From assembly GCA_013265495.1 (NCBI GenBank), contig MU058844.1, positions 8,615,490 to 8,679,489 of the forward strand: 64,000 bases of DNA. Direction: 5' to 3'. Position 1 is the stretch's first letter. Every line of letters starts with the position of its first letter. Below are positions 10,556 through 24,300 of this stretch, piece after piece. This DNA is from Vicugna vicugna (lineage: Eukaryota). A program made the position numbers and the translations under genes. Under the pieces are notes generated by a model, which worked only from the letters and a program-made list of their open reading frames with translations, was not told the origin of the DNA and searched no databases.

Positions 10556-12932
10556 CACTCCAGAATAGTAGGTTCCTCTTTTCCTCCAGACTGCTGCATT
10601 GTTTACTTCTTGTATCAACCATTTAGCATGTAATTCTTTTCATGAACAACATTTACCATCTATTCATCTTTCACTGTTCTAGGCACTAGGGATATGATTA
10701 TGAGCAAGGCCGGGGAAAATTCCTCCCTCCTTATATTTTCTAGTGGGAGGAGACAGGGATGCAAGCTAATAAATGACAATCAAATATCATCATATACTCT
10801 CATACATTGGCATACTGCATTATATGCTGCCTGGTATTGAGCTGATTTGTTACAACCCTGATCAAAGCACTGCACGGTAGAATAAGTACTAGTCCATCTG
10901 GATTCTCCCTCATTGAGAGCCAATGACTCATATCATGCTTTCCTCACTTTGAGAGGCCACTTGCCAATCTATTTGGTTTGTTTATTCTGCTAGGGTCTTT
11001 CTTTTTTACAGCTAATATCTTGTTGTCTTTCAGACAAGCTTTTAATTCAAGACAGGTTAATAAGGCTAGTACTCTAGGCCTAAATGGCTCAATCATTACA
11101 GCAATTCTAAAATATATTGAAAAGATAAAGCCACAAGCCATTAAAAGCATAATTTGTTGTTTGGAGGATAAATCACAGTGTCAGGTATACATCTCCATGG
11201 GGACAGGGCAATAATGACCCCATATAGAGCTGACCAAATTAATGCTCTCATTTCCTAGAACACGTTGGCCCTTTGGCTGATAGTTGTATGCCTTTGGTTT
11301 TACTTAAATTTCAGATTGCTATCTCTCTGATTAGATTTTTAGTTTAAGAGATCAAATAGTACTTTCATACTTTATTTTTCCACCACAATATCCAGCACAA
11401 TCTCCTTTAAATAGGCCTGTTGTGGGTACTCATTATTTTTGAAAAAATTGATAGGTAAATAATATAAAGATCTGAGACATATAATTGAATTACACTAGAA
11501 AAAAATTTAACTGATAGATCACATTCCATCTGTAGTGTATGTTAATGGAAGACATAATGTCTAATATAGTTCTTTAAAATGAATATTATTTATTTTCTCA
11601 TTCTGACCTCACCTATTTTCAAATGATTTAGACATGAAATACACAGTTTTAAAGTATGTTAAATTCAATAGCAGAATAAAAAAGGAAGAGAAACAAGCTT
11701 AGAGAAGCATAAGGAGTTTATGTCCCCAGATTTCTCAGATGACCTCATTACTACTGCTGGGCACACAATTTGGCTTAATTTCCTGGCAGCTAAGGCAAAA
11801 AAAGAAACATACTGAGCTAAGTAATATTCACATCTAATATAAAAAGCATAAAAATTCCTCTGCAGAGGCAAATTATTTCTTGGAAATAAATTTAGTGAGA
11901 CATATAACATGGAGATTTATGTAAAACAGACAGGCTGTCTGTTATACAGTTGATAGTGTTTTCATCTTTGTTTCTACCAAAGGAATAAAAACACTGTCCA
12001 AATAAAAGAGTTTTTGTTTGACCTCTTATAAAGGTTGAAGGCAGAGCATTAAATCAGAGAAAGGAATAGCAAATAACTCAGTGAAGACATTTCTAGGGGA
12101 CTCTAAGCTATTAGGGTTCAAGTGCTTTATGTGACCCATGTCTAATTTATTACTGAGCTAGAATTTACCAAAGCCAGATGAATGGATACTTACCATCTCA
12201 TGAAACTGTCATTCTCATATATCTGTATTTTAAGGTAGTCTTTAACAAGTGCCCTTGACAACTTTAGCCATCAGATGTGAAGGGGCAAAGCTGTCATTCT
12301 TCTATGATTTTAAAACCTGAATTAATATTCTTATCTGAACAGCCAGCTCATTTTGTCATGAATATGGGTAAGAGTCCTAATTTTTCTCTGCAAAAGAACT
12401 CTGCATATTGTCATTGACTCTCAAGAGTTCCTAATCACATAACATGGAAGAAAATTTGGACTGGAAACGTTGAGGGAGTGTATTATTGACTGACTTCATA
12501 ATTCCAAGAACTTAAGAGTGGCCTCTTTAGAACAATCTGATTTCAAAAGAACTGCCTCTGGACTCAAATCTGCCAACTTTCTACCTAGCATAATCTACCT
12601 TTGGGTTGTTGAATGAATGAATTTTATCTTTGCTTATTTGATTCTATACTCCTATTTGCCATTTCATTTTTTTGTATAGAGAAAACTAATGAATAAAAGA
12701 AGTTTAAATTATTCTCAATTTAAACATTCATTTATCAAACATTTACTAAGCAACCAATGTTGAGAACACACCGACAAACTAGATAAATCCAGTTGCTGTG
12801 TTCACAGAGATAAACTCAAACAGGGAAAATACATACTGAACAGTAACTATACTTACATGATGTCAGCTGTCTAGAGAAATCCTTTTCATATATAACCTGA
12901 AGTTTATAAATAAAATATTAAAAAATATAAGC

Positions 12933-13087
12933 CAGAGGGAGATTTACCATAACGTTTACTGAAGCTTAAGTTTCAAGGCCCCTTCTAACGCTGGGGAAAT
13001 TTGTATTTATTCTTTGCTATTCTTTTTCTTAACAAATCTCCTCCAAATTATACAATGTTCAGGTCCTACAAAAGTGCTCCTTCCCTG
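12933..13087 (+). mobile_element. hAT-Tip100-type MITE (ORSL-like)
   Basis: cagagggagatttaccataacgtttactgaagcttaagtttcaaggcccc...aggtcctacaaaagtgctccttccctg, with CAG...CTG termini. Confidence 0.6.
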
Positions 13088-13519
13088 TATGTAGTCACAG
13101 ATGAGTGAATGAGAACATAAAAGAAACATCTCAGAGGTAACATACATGGAAAAGCAGTCAATCCAGAAAGGTAAATACAACGAAAACAGAATTTATCCTG
13201 GAAACATCTATGCATCCTCTCTGGCCTTGGTGGGCAGAGACATAGCACAGTTTGGATGGGAAATAAATAGGGAAAATCCCTTCACAAAGTCAGGATCCCT
13301 AAAGGTGATATACTTTCATTGCATAAACCCAAAACAAATGAACAAACAAGCAAAAACCCCCAAATCAAAAACATACTACATAAAGGTGCACTGATGATAA
13401 CTGCCTGTTTGGATTTTGTTCTGGTGGAGTGGAAAAAAGTACTTCTTAAGAATTCCTAACCACAAGTCTGACCTCAGGAGGATTTGGGGCTATAATTATA
13501 TTTATTCATTAACCCCATG

Positions 13520-14555
13520 CTTATAATTTAGTTAAGCTAGTACAAATTCTGTTCACCCACTGAGCAGTTCTTTCTTGGGCTCTTTCTTTCTTTACCATAT
13601 GTTGTTAGAAGAAGTGAATAAACAATTTCAACATTCAGCTTGGAAATTGATCAGCCTAAGTCATCAAGTTCATTAGGAATTTTTATACTTTAAAATTACC
13701 GTGGACACAAATGAACTTATTTACAAAACAGAAACAGACTCACAGACACAGAAAACAAACTTATAGTTACCAGGAGGGGAAGCAACAGATAAACAGATAA
13801 AACAGATGAACAACAAGGTCATTCTGTATGGCACAGGGAACTGTATTCAATATCTTATAATAGCCTATAATGAAAAAGAATATGAAAAGGCATATATGTA
13901 TGTATGTATAAATGAATCACTATACTGTACACCAGTAATAAAGAGAATATTGTAAATCAACTATATTGCAATAAAAAAAGTTACCATGGATAACAAATTA
14001 ATCAGTTGCTTTGATACTACAAAAATACAGCTCACCATGCTTTCAGTCTCTAGCATTGGATTTCTATGGCTCATTCAACTACACCATTTCTTTGCTGCCT
14101 TTACAGCCTATTCCCACTGCCCAGTCTCAAAAGAAATGCCATATGTTCCAAGTTTTGACCCCCTACATCCTGTACTAAATTCTCTATCAGTAATCTACTG
14201 AGGCAAATAAATAATTTCATAACTTGATGGCTTAATATAGCAATTTAACCATTCTTCATGATTCTGTGGTTTGAGTGGGTTGTTCTTCTGCTGGTTTCCT
14301 TGTGGTTTGACTCATGTTAAGTGCACTCACCTCGAGAACTGACTAGAGGCTGGTGTGTCTCATAAGAGAGATAACCATTCCAAGAGAGGAAGCTCTATGC
14401 ATAGGTACAACATCTCTGCTTGTGTCACATTTGCTGATGTTGGCCAAAGAAGTCAGATGGCTAAGCCCAGAGTCAATGTGGGAAGGGACCACACAAGATT
14501 ATGAATATTGGAAAGTGTGATTCACTGGGAGTGGTTATGTAACCATCTACCACAA
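13520..14555 (-). mobile_element. MaLR internal fragment plus MLT1H-like LTR (LTR ~14170-14555)
   Basis: LTR motifs gtcacatttgctgatg..ggccaaag..gtcagatggctaagcccagagtcaatgtgggaagggac...aaccatctaccaca, adjoined by MLT1-int-like text (aagtcatcaagttcattagg). Confidence 0.7.
13705..13978 (+). mobile_element. 5'-truncated L1 3' UTR (artiodactyl type) nested in MaLR
   Basis: acaaatgaacttatttacaaaacagaaacagactcacagac...gcacagggaactgtattcaatatctt...caataaaaaaa. Imperfect TSD aaattaccgtgga / aagttaccatgga. Confidence 0.88.
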
Positions 14556-15552
14556 TGAGATAGAAGCTGAGTGGCTGCTTTTATATGGCTACACAGACAG
14601 ATAGCTTCCACTTCTTAAAATTATTCCTAGTTAGAGGATGTAAGGTTAATCAAAATAAGAGATTTGGTAAATATTTGGATCCATTATATCTGATAAATTG
14701 TAAACATTTTAGTACCAATTAATCTTCTTTGGAGAATTTTATCAATAGTATGCGACTGGTAAAATAGTCTACAGTGGCTGATTCCCATAACACAAACTCT
14801 TGAATTTATCAAGCTTTTTTTTTTACAGTGGAATAAGATTTTTTTGGTCACTTATTTGAGCTTCATTCCACTTAGTATGTTGTAAAATGAGAATGTGAAG
14901 CTTCTGTTATTATTTCCTATGCAGTGGCCATGCTGAGACAGTGTCTTTCACAAACGAAGTTTGTTTTTCCAACAACGTATCCACAGTATCTCATAATATA
15001 TTCTGACATCACTAAGTCTTTGGTGCCCTTAACAGGTTTTCCTCATCTCTGTCTTTCTTTGTTTTTTTTTTTCTTTTCAATTTTTAATCCTTTTTCTTTC
15101 CATAGTAGCACGCATTTACATATGGGAACAATATTGTTTATAACAGCAATAATGATCAGACAGGCTAATTCTCTTGTTTCCCAGGAAATAAAAGTTGTCA
15201 GTGATTTCAAATTTTCTACTGTTAATAGTATGCACATAAAGAAAAAGTTCAAAAGACAAACTATGAAAAAAGTGATCTCAAATCTCCTTGGCATTTTTAA
15301 CTCTTTTCCCAGAAATTTTACCACTCAATTACATTTCTGATGGCAATTAGAATGAGTAAGGCTAATAATCAAAATTAGATAAAGGCCAAAATGCTTAATT
15401 TCAGCATGGTCAAATATGTTAATTTCCAAGATGGATAATCATAAAAGATAACATTTAAGAGCTTACCATGTGCCAGGTACTATATTTAGTGCTTTATGTG
15501 TATTATTTTATTTGATTCTTTAAAAACATGCCTATGAGTTATCATTTATAGG

Positions 15553-16385
15553 ATTTTTCTTTTTTACTTTTTCAAAGTTGAATACAGTTGATTTTAACAT
15601 TTTATTAGTTTCAAGTGTAGAACACATTTGATATTTTTATAGCTTATACTCCATTTAAAGTTACTATAATTTTTATATACACAAATTTATATAAAAATAA
15701 TTATATTCCTGTATCTTATTTTTTTATACCTACTAGTTTGTACCTCTTTTATTTTTTCCCCTACCTTGTTCCTCCCCTCTCCCCCCTGGCAACCACTAGT
15801 TTGTTCTCTGTATCTATGAGTCTGTTTCTGTATTGTTATATTCATTTGTTTTATTTTTTAGATTCCACATGTAAGTGAAAATATACAGTATTTATCTTTG
15901 TCTGACTTACTCCACCAAGCATAATGGCCTCCAGGACCATTCATGTTGTTGCAAATGGCAAAATTTCATTCTTTATTACGGCTGAGGAATAACTTGCTGA
16001 ACTCATTTATTAGTTCTAATAATTTTTTTGATAGAAACTTTAGGGTTTTCTATACATAGTATCATGTCATCTGCAAATAGTGACAATTTTACATTTCCCC
16101 TTCCAACTTGGATGCCTTTTATTTCTTTTTCTTGGCTGACTGCTGCGGCTAGGACTTCCAATACTGTGTCAAATATTTCTATTTGAAATATTGGTGAGAG
16201 TGGGCATTTCTGTCCTTTCCCTGATTTTAGAGGGAAAGCTTACAGTTTTCACCACTAAGTATAATGTTAGCTATGAGTTTGTCATAAATGACCTTTATTA
16301 TGTTGAGATGTGTTCCCTCTACACCAATTTTTTTGAAAGTTCTTATTTTCCTGCATCTATTGAGATGATCATGTGATTTTTATCC
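15553..16385 (-). mobile_element. L1 3' end joined to an upstream ORF2 segment (internal deletion near 15990)
   Basis: Antisense 3' UTR (ggcaaccactagtttgttctctgtatctatgagtctg, tagattccacatgtaagtga), then a jump to RT-region text (ctgaactcatttattagttctaa...atcatgtcatctgcaaatagtgaca...ggctaggacttccaatact). Confidence 0.88.
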
Positions 16386-18479
16386 TATAGGTCTTTTTTA
16401 AAGACTATGCAAACCCAGGCTTATTAGTTAGAGTAAATACAATATGGAAGGCCACCGCTGGTGAGTGGTAGTGACCAAAATATACTGTTTTAATTTTAAG
16501 CTAATTGCCTTAACTGCTAAACTCTATTATCATGAGACCTAATTAGTAAATAGCAAATAATTTTGTTTTTCTTTTTAGAAAAGTATCCTTCAGACTTATC
16601 TAATTTAACATTATTAAATTATATCCCATTGCCTGAGTTAAGCTATATGGTGATAAGTTACAGACTTCTTTGTAAGGAAAAAAAATGATTCCTATGTACA
16701 AACATTTCCTGAGTAATCTGTGCCACTATCTTTAATCCCCTTTCCATATGTTTTCCTCCTTAGAGCAAAGGTTTTAGAAAATATTAGTGAATAAAAAACA
16801 GTTGCAGTCCTTATTCTGATGGAGCTTATAGTCCAGTGGGCAGACATACAATATGCAAGCAATAATTAATACATACACAATTATAAGAATATAGTACATG
16901 CTCTGAAGCCAACTCTATGACCTGGAAATGTTCTTATCAGCTTAGGAGACTGTGATGCCAGTGGTCGGGGGCTCTCACACGGGAAGATTTTGGGGAGGCC
17001 GAAGCCAGGGGTCACCAAACATGGCTGTATAGCAAGGTCAGTTGGCTAGCTTTCAGAAAAGGAAGAGGTCTAGAGTTTCATCCCATTCAGCTAAAACAGT
17101 GTGCTCCCAGAATCCGTATTTGTATTTTTAGTAAGTCGGAAGAGTAAAAAGAGCACTGTTCAGGAAATGCCAGCATAGACAATCAACTAGGTACTACTTG
17201 CAGAGCTACTTCCTGCATAGGAGGAAGGCTTCAAGTAAGTACAGTAAAGAAAACACCTCAGAGTACACGGAGTATTCACTGAGGGCTAAACAGTACTCCA
17301 AATAAAGGCTGAAAGGAGATATAATATAAAGCTGTTAAGGTATTTACCTAGAGTGTTTGAAAGTCTGTAACTAGATTTCTGAGAGAAACTGGAAAACAAA
17401 GAAGCAAACAAAATACAAATGTGAGGAAGTGAATATGCATGGAGTCCTGAGCTCTGACAGAGATAAACGAATAGAAAAACATGCCTTGCTTTAGGAGAAA
17501 TGACTAGTCTGTACCAGGGCCCTATAAATAGTGGTTCTTTCTAATAATAACCCTTAAAGTACCAGTGAATTAGCTATTGTTTGTTACACCTCTATACAAC
17601 ATTCAGCATTTTGAAGGCACTGACTTTTTAATCTATACATTTTTTGAAGCATTTTACTCATTATCTTCATTTTTTTGGATGAACAAACTGAGGCTCGGAG
17701 AGATCAAAAAAATTTTCACAGGTCATACAACTCAATGTGGCAGAGCTAGGATTTTAATTTATCTGATTATCTATAAGAGCAGGCCTCAAGGCTTGAAGGA
17801 ACTGTACTCTTTCATTGATTCTAACATGCATGTTGTCTCCACATTTTAATACCTAAAAAATTACAAGATATTTTATAATTATAATTGATAGGATTTTTTT
17901 CTTTCTTAGTAGAACATAAAATTAATGGTGGTGTTGCAATCACTGGCATTTTCAATTCAATAAAATGAGGTACAGGTAGCCAGATGCAAATATTCTCCAT
18001 GCTAATCATGAATAATCTGCCTCCCTCCATGCCTGGATCGCTGCTTTTTATTTTCTAATCACAGTCTATTTTCTTCAGGACATTTTTTCAGGATATTTTC
18101 ACAAATATTTTGATACAAGCTTAATATATCTTATTGCTGACCTCAGCATTGCTGTGAGGGCTTGCTGATTACCATCAATCTACAGATATTATTTAAACTG
18201 ATTCCATTATGTAAGGTGCTCAATTTTTTTTATAAGCCTACTACCACCAACTCAGTTTCCAGATAAAGAAATTGAAAATTAGAGAAAGTAAATTATTTGC
18301 CCAAAGTCAGGTAGCTAATAAGTGACAAAACTAGATTTTAATCTTTAGTTGACTAGCTCTTTGTTAGAGCCCTTTCTCATGTACAATACTACTTTCTACA
18401 TCAAGATGTTGAAGCTCGTATGTATATTACACTCCCCCTCCACTCTTTAAAGAAAAGTCCTCTTTAAAACAGCATTATT

Positions 18480-18895
18480 TATAGATAAAGACAAGCTTAT
18501 TTTAAAATTTTATGGAATTCAAAGGAACTAAAATAGCTAGAACCATTCTGAAAAACAAGAATAAAGTTGGAGGAATCCCATTACTCAATGTTAAGACTTA
18601 CTATGCAGCTACAGTAATTAAGACAATGTAGTATTGGTGGAGGAATAAACTCATAGAGTAACAGAATAGAATAGAAAACATAAGTATGAGAAACTTCCTT
18701 TTGACAAAAAAGCAAAAGCATTCAAGGAAGAATAAAAAATCTTTTCAACAAATGACACTGGAACAACTGGACATCAATAGGCAGAAAAATTAAACTTGAC
18801 CTAGACCTTACACTTTGTACAAAAATTAACTCAAAATGAACCATAAATCCAAATGTAAAACATAAAACTATAAAACTTGTAGAAGAGAACACATC
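18480..18895 (+). mobile_element. L1M ORF2 fragment
   Basis: ttaaaattttatggaattcaaaggaactaaaatagctagaaccattctgaaaaacaagaataaagttggagga...aaaaattaactcaaaatg. Confidence 0.8.
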
Positions 18896-18904
18896 TAAGA
18901 AGTC

Positions 18905-19800
18905 ATCACATGCTTTTCTATTACGTAGATAACCTTTGGTATTCTATTTAACTTCCCTTCTTTCTGTTACTATATATTTTTAAGTTATTTTCTTAGTAGT
19001 TGCCCTGTGGATTACAATTAACATCTTAATTTATTTCACATTAATAGCAACTTAATTTTAATACTATGCCAAAATTCTGCTCCAGAATAGTGCCTTTCCT
19101 AACCCCACTTCTCTGTGCTATTCTTGTCATACAAATTACTTTTTTATCTATAAGTCCATTAAATAAATTTTTATAACTATGGCTTTATGTTAGCTTATAA
19201 ATCAGAAAGCAGAAGAAAAGAGTGCAAACAAAAATATGTATACACTTTATTTTATATTACCTATATAGTTGCCTTCAGTGGTCTTTATTTCTTCGTGTGG
19301 ATTTGAGTTACTATCTACTGTCATTTGATTGTTTTTGACAAACACCCTGACAGGGCTCTTTCCACTGAGCAAGCTCAGGTAAAATACAAATGAATCCTGT
19401 AAATGGGGCTTTTCCAGGCAGATGCCAGACATGTCAAATAGTGACAATTTTCTGGTAATTAGACTTTTGAGGAAGCTTCAAACCAATGTTTCTCCACCCC
19501 CACCCCTACCCCTTCAACAGTGTCTGCTGGTCTTTTAGCTTTCATACCTAACATGGTGTGAGTCTGCTGGTTTCAAGGCTGTGGTGAAACTAAGAGGAGG
19601 ATCATGGGGTTAAGTTAAGATCCCATAAAACTCACTGTTCTCACTGAGATTCAGCCCTTTTTCTTGAATACATGCTCCCTGGATTATCGCAAGCCTTCTG
19701 TTCAATTTCCGGAGTGTTAACATTTAGATTCTGACAATATCTGATTTTGTTCTCACTGCTTTTATGGAATAATGACATTCTGGAAGAGCTTCTCCTGTAT
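18905..19800 (-). mobile_element. L1M fragments (antisense)
   Basis: taagttattttcttagtagttgccctgtggattacaattaacatctt...ctctgtgctattcttgtcataca...ctcactgagattcagcccttttcttgaatacatgctcc. Confidence 0.65.
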
Positions 19801-20423
19801 TCCTTTTTTTTTTTTTTTAATGCAACAATTGGCAAGTAATATACTTCCCTAAAAGAAATGAGTAGCTTTTGAGGAGGTGGAATGGAAGAATGGATGCTGG
19901 GAAGTCACTCAGCAAATATTCACTACAATGAGTGGTTCCTGAGGGTTTTGGAACCTCTCTTTTAAATTTCTTTTTTTTTTTTACTGGATCTTGTTCTGTC
20001 CCTACAGGGTGAGAACAAAGAATCTGACTAATATGCTTGTTGCCTGGATATTTCGTTTAGTAAAATGACTTATGCATTAGAATCAGACAGAACTAGGTTG
20101 CAACCACAATCCCTCTACTTATTAAGTATGAGCTCTTGGGTAAGTTATTTAACCTTTATTCATTTCAGTTTTTTTGATCTGAAAATTGAAGATATTCTGA
20201 GAAATGATAGACACTAAAAATGTTGGCAATTCGAAGCAATCATTCAATTTAAGAATATCTTTGTTCACAGATAATGTTAGCAAATGTTTCATTGTCTTCC
20301 TACAGAACTTTGACAAATACATTAAAATAATTTCAGTTAAGAATTGTTTCTTGTTTCAAATAGATATCATTCCTTGATAAAGGCTATGTTTTCTCTAAAT
20401 GGTGGATTTATTTATAAGTCTTT

Positions 20424-20551
20424 CGAGGATTAACATATACACACTGTTATACATAGAACAGATTAACAACAAGGACCTACTATATAGCACAGGGAACTAT
20501 ATTCAATATTTTGTAATAACCTATAATGGAAAATAACCTGAAAAAGAATAT

Positions 20552-20590
<39 letters not shown>

Positions 20591-20700
20591 CATATATATA
20601 TAACTGAATCACTTTGCTATACAGCTGAAACTAACACAACATTGTAAATTAACTGTACTTCAATTAAAAATGGTTAATAAAAAGGCTATCTCAAAAAAAA
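20424..20700 (+). mobile_element. 5'-truncated L1 3' UTR containing a (TATACA)n expansion
   Basis: gattaacatatacacact...aacaacaaggacctactatatagcacagggaactatattcaata...actgaatcactttgctatacagctgaaactaacacaacattgtaaa. Confidence 0.88.
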
Positions 20701-21224
20701 ATTTTTGAAGTATCAAAACACCTAGTAGTTAAATATCTTTTGTTTGAAAGAAACACAAATTAATGGAACTAGGACTGTTGTAGGGACTATAGGATATAAA
20801 ATATTTATTGTCCAATTATAGATGGTGGTTTAGTGTTAAAAACCAATTAAAGAAGCTAGCTAGTATTTTATTACTGAACTTATGCTCAATTTATTCAAAA
20901 TTGAACTTCAATAAAACCCCTTTTTGAACTTAAAAAAATCCTTGAAACTTTAATTGACATCTCATATTATGCTTCTTATTTTAAAAACAAAAAATTCAAC
21001 AGTTACATAAAAATATGGAAATATAAAGGATAAAAAAATACACACTGTAATTTCTTCCTTTCTGATACAAGGTAAGATTACATTATGAACATTTTTCTGC
21101 ATCTTTTGTCATGTGACAGTACTTTTGCACTGTGATAATCCATCTAAGCCAGCTAAAAACAATCAGGTAAACGAATGCACTCTTTTTGGGATTAGCTAAC
21201 ATCCTATGACATGGCTTTATCACA

Positions 21225-21380
21225 GTGATACATGTTTGGCAATGATTAGAGATATTTTTAATTGTATGACTTACAGGAAGGGTGGGAAGTACTACTGTCA
21301 TCTAATGGGTAAAATCCTCCATTGTAACAAAAATGGATCCAGTACATAATGCCAAGAGTGTCAATTTTGAGAAACTCTGC
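21225..21380 (+). mobile_element. MER20-like hAT MITE
   Basis: tttggcaatgattagagatattttt...tactactgtcatctaatgggta...aatgccaagagtgtcaattttgagaaactctg. Confidence 0.65.
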
Positions 21381-21439
21381 TTAATGGTATCTCACCTCAT
21401 CTCTTTCCTTTCTGATTTTTTTAATAGCAATTTGCAAAA

Positions 21440-24300
21440 AATCCATTTCCTGTTTTGGTTATAAAAGTCTTTTCAGACACTAGGTTTCAAATACAGTCTT
21501 TTATGTTTTCTTCTATATTGTTACTCTCTTTACATTTAAGGTTTTAATCAATCCATTTTTTTGTTTGTTTGTTTTATGTTGTGATTTGGAGTTTCAAGGC
21601 AAAAAGCCAATTTTTCAGTACCATTGATTAAATAAATCTAACTTCTTTCTCACTGAATTAAGATGCTATTGCTGGATGCTTAGGGACCTTTATTTTTGTT
21701 TCATTGATTTATTTGCATATTCTCATGCCAGCAGCTCATAGTTTTGATTAAATCAATTTTAACATCTGGTAAGGCATTATAATCATTTAAATAATTGGTC
21801 AGGCTAATCCTCCCTTACTGTTACTATTTCATTTTTTTTTGTTTATTTTCTATACATTATTATTTTTACATAATCTTTAAGACAATTTGGTCAAATTCTG
21901 AAAGAATAATTGGGCATTCTATTTCAGCTTGAATTATAGCTGTCATACTTACTATCTCTGCTTACTTTCTCTTGTTTTGCTTTCAATTACTCAAAGTAAG
22001 TGTTGAGTTGCTTAACTTTAGATTTTCTTCTAAATAACAAAAGCATTTAAGCCTATACATTTTTGCTTAAATATAGATTTTAGCTATGCCCCATAGATCC
22101 TGGTGATGAATTCTGTACCTTTCATTGCTCTTTCTCTATCTATAAATTTATACCTATATCTATATGTAAAAACATATCGATAAACATATAAAACATATGT
22201 ATTAATATAAAATGTACTAATCTAAATGTTAAAATGTAGTTATATCAATATATTAAAATTACATCACAAGCAAGTATATGATCAAATTTTAAAACATTCT
22301 ACTTATGTGTATGCTTTAAATCAAATTTTATTCATTGTATTATTCAGTTTTTTATATCCTTATTTTTTTGTCTACATGATCTCTCTGAATCTTAAAAATT
22401 TTGAAATCCAGTATTATAATGGTACTTGTTAAATAAACATTTCCTTGAAGCTTAACACAGTACAGAAAGATGCACAAATAAAACGTATGCAGCTTGATCT
22501 TAATGAATTATCACAAAATGAACACACTCATTTTTCATCATCCAAGTCAAGAATGGAACATTACTGAAATCCCAGAGCCCAACTATTGCTCTTTCCCACT
22601 CAATAACACCCTCCTTATCTCAAAGTAGAACTATTAACATTGCCTCTCATATGATAAATTACTATTGCGTATCTTTGAAATGTATATAATTGTAATGTTG
22701 TAAATATAATATTTTAAAATAGCAGATTATACTGAATACATTATATTATAGGTTTAGTAATTAGATAATAATCATTCATACAATATACTATACAGAATCT
22801 ATTTGCTCCTTTTAAAGTGTTGTTAATAACTTCCTCCATCACTCTTTAGTTTTCCATTGGATACATTTACTAAAACTTATTTATCTGACCTACTGTTGAT
22901 GGATACTTGAGTTGTTTCCAGTTTTGACTCTTACAAATAATACTGTTATAAATGTACTTATATATGTACCTTGATGTATATGTGTGTGAATCTCTTCTGC
23001 ATATATATTTAGCAGTAGAATAACATTGCCATAGGGCATGCCTATGTTCAGCTTTAGTGTATACCACCAAACAGTTTTCCAATGTGATTATGCCAATTTA
23101 TATTCCTACTAGTGGAGTGTGGAAAGCTCCTGTTGCTCTGCAACCTAACCAATACTTGATGTTGTCAATCTTTTCAATTTTATTCATTCTAGCACTTGTG
23201 CAGTTGTATTTCATTTAGGTTTTTATTTGAATTTTCCTGATGTCTAATCTCATGTATTTATTGCCTATTATATATTGTATTTAAGTTTCTTGCTTATTTT
23301 TCTATTTGGATTGACTTTTTTTTTAATTATAAAGTTTGTTATTTATTTTAGATGCAAGCCCTTTTTCATTTGCATGGAACACTTATCTTTTCCTTCATAG
23401 TTCGTATTTTTTCTTCATATTTAAAAAGCCTTTTCCTATCTGAATTTTAAAAGATTCTCTTATGTTTTCTTCTAGAAGAGTTATTGTTTGACATCTCACA
23501 AGTACCACCACTTGGAATTAATTTTTTGTGTGTGTGAGAGGTAAAGACAAAATCAAGTGTTATCTTTTATATGAGTATTCAATTGAACAGTCATAATTTT
23601 ATTTACTTGTTTTTTTAAAGTAGGATTTATTTTTTAGAGTAGTTTCAGATTTGCAGCAAAGTTGAGCAGAAAGTACAGAGAGTTTTTACATGCTTCTTGC
23701 CTCTACACATGCATAGCCTCTACTATCAGCATCTGCACCAGAGTGGTACAGTTTTTACAACTGATGAATCTATGTTGACACATCATTACCACCATCCAAA
23801 ATTCATAGTTTACATTAGGGTTTACTATTGATGCTGTATATTCTGTGGACTTTTGATGCTGATCTAAGTGGTGTTATTTTTTTTTTTACATTTTTTATTG
23901 ATTCATAATCATTTTACAGTGTTGTGTCAAATTCCAGTGTTCAGCACAATTTTTCAGTCATTCATGGACATATACACACTCATTGTCACATTTTAAGTGG
24001 TGTTATTTTTTAAAATTTATTTTGTAATGTGTGATGATAGCACATAGAAATACAATACTTCAAAAATGATTTTATCTAGCAATCTTGATAAATTTATTTT
24101 TCGATTAAATTTTTTTCTATATATTTTTATGGAATTTCTAACATACTATCATGTTATCTGCAAATAATGTTATATTCCTTTTTTGATTTTTCAGGGTTTT
24201 TTTTTTTTTTTCTATTCTTATAACTTGCATTTACTTTTCTTGCCTTAGTGCTCTGGCTATGTTGGCCAGTACACAAGCTGAACAGGAATTATGATATGCT
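21440..24300 (-). mobile_element. Cluster of old L1ME/L1MC/L1MD fragments
   Basis: Antisense L1 motifs: ctactgttgatggatacttgagttgtttccagttttg, aaacagttttccaatgtgatt, tagagtagtttcagatttgcagcaaagttgagcagaaagtacagagag, atcatgttatctgcaaataat. Confidence 0.75.
23881..23993 (-). mobile_element. Very short young L1 3' end with perfect TSD
   Basis: PolyT plus tttattgattcataatcattttacagtgttgtgtcaaattccagtg..., the same 3' type as the 44484 L1. TSD taagtggtgttatttt at 23865-23880 and 23994-24009. Confidence 0.9.

Noticed and set aside
14924..15340. 138-aa ORF and antisense 93-aa ORF
   Set aside because: Low-complexity F/K-rich translations across T/A runs, a GTG start, and no recognisable domain or convincing splice context.
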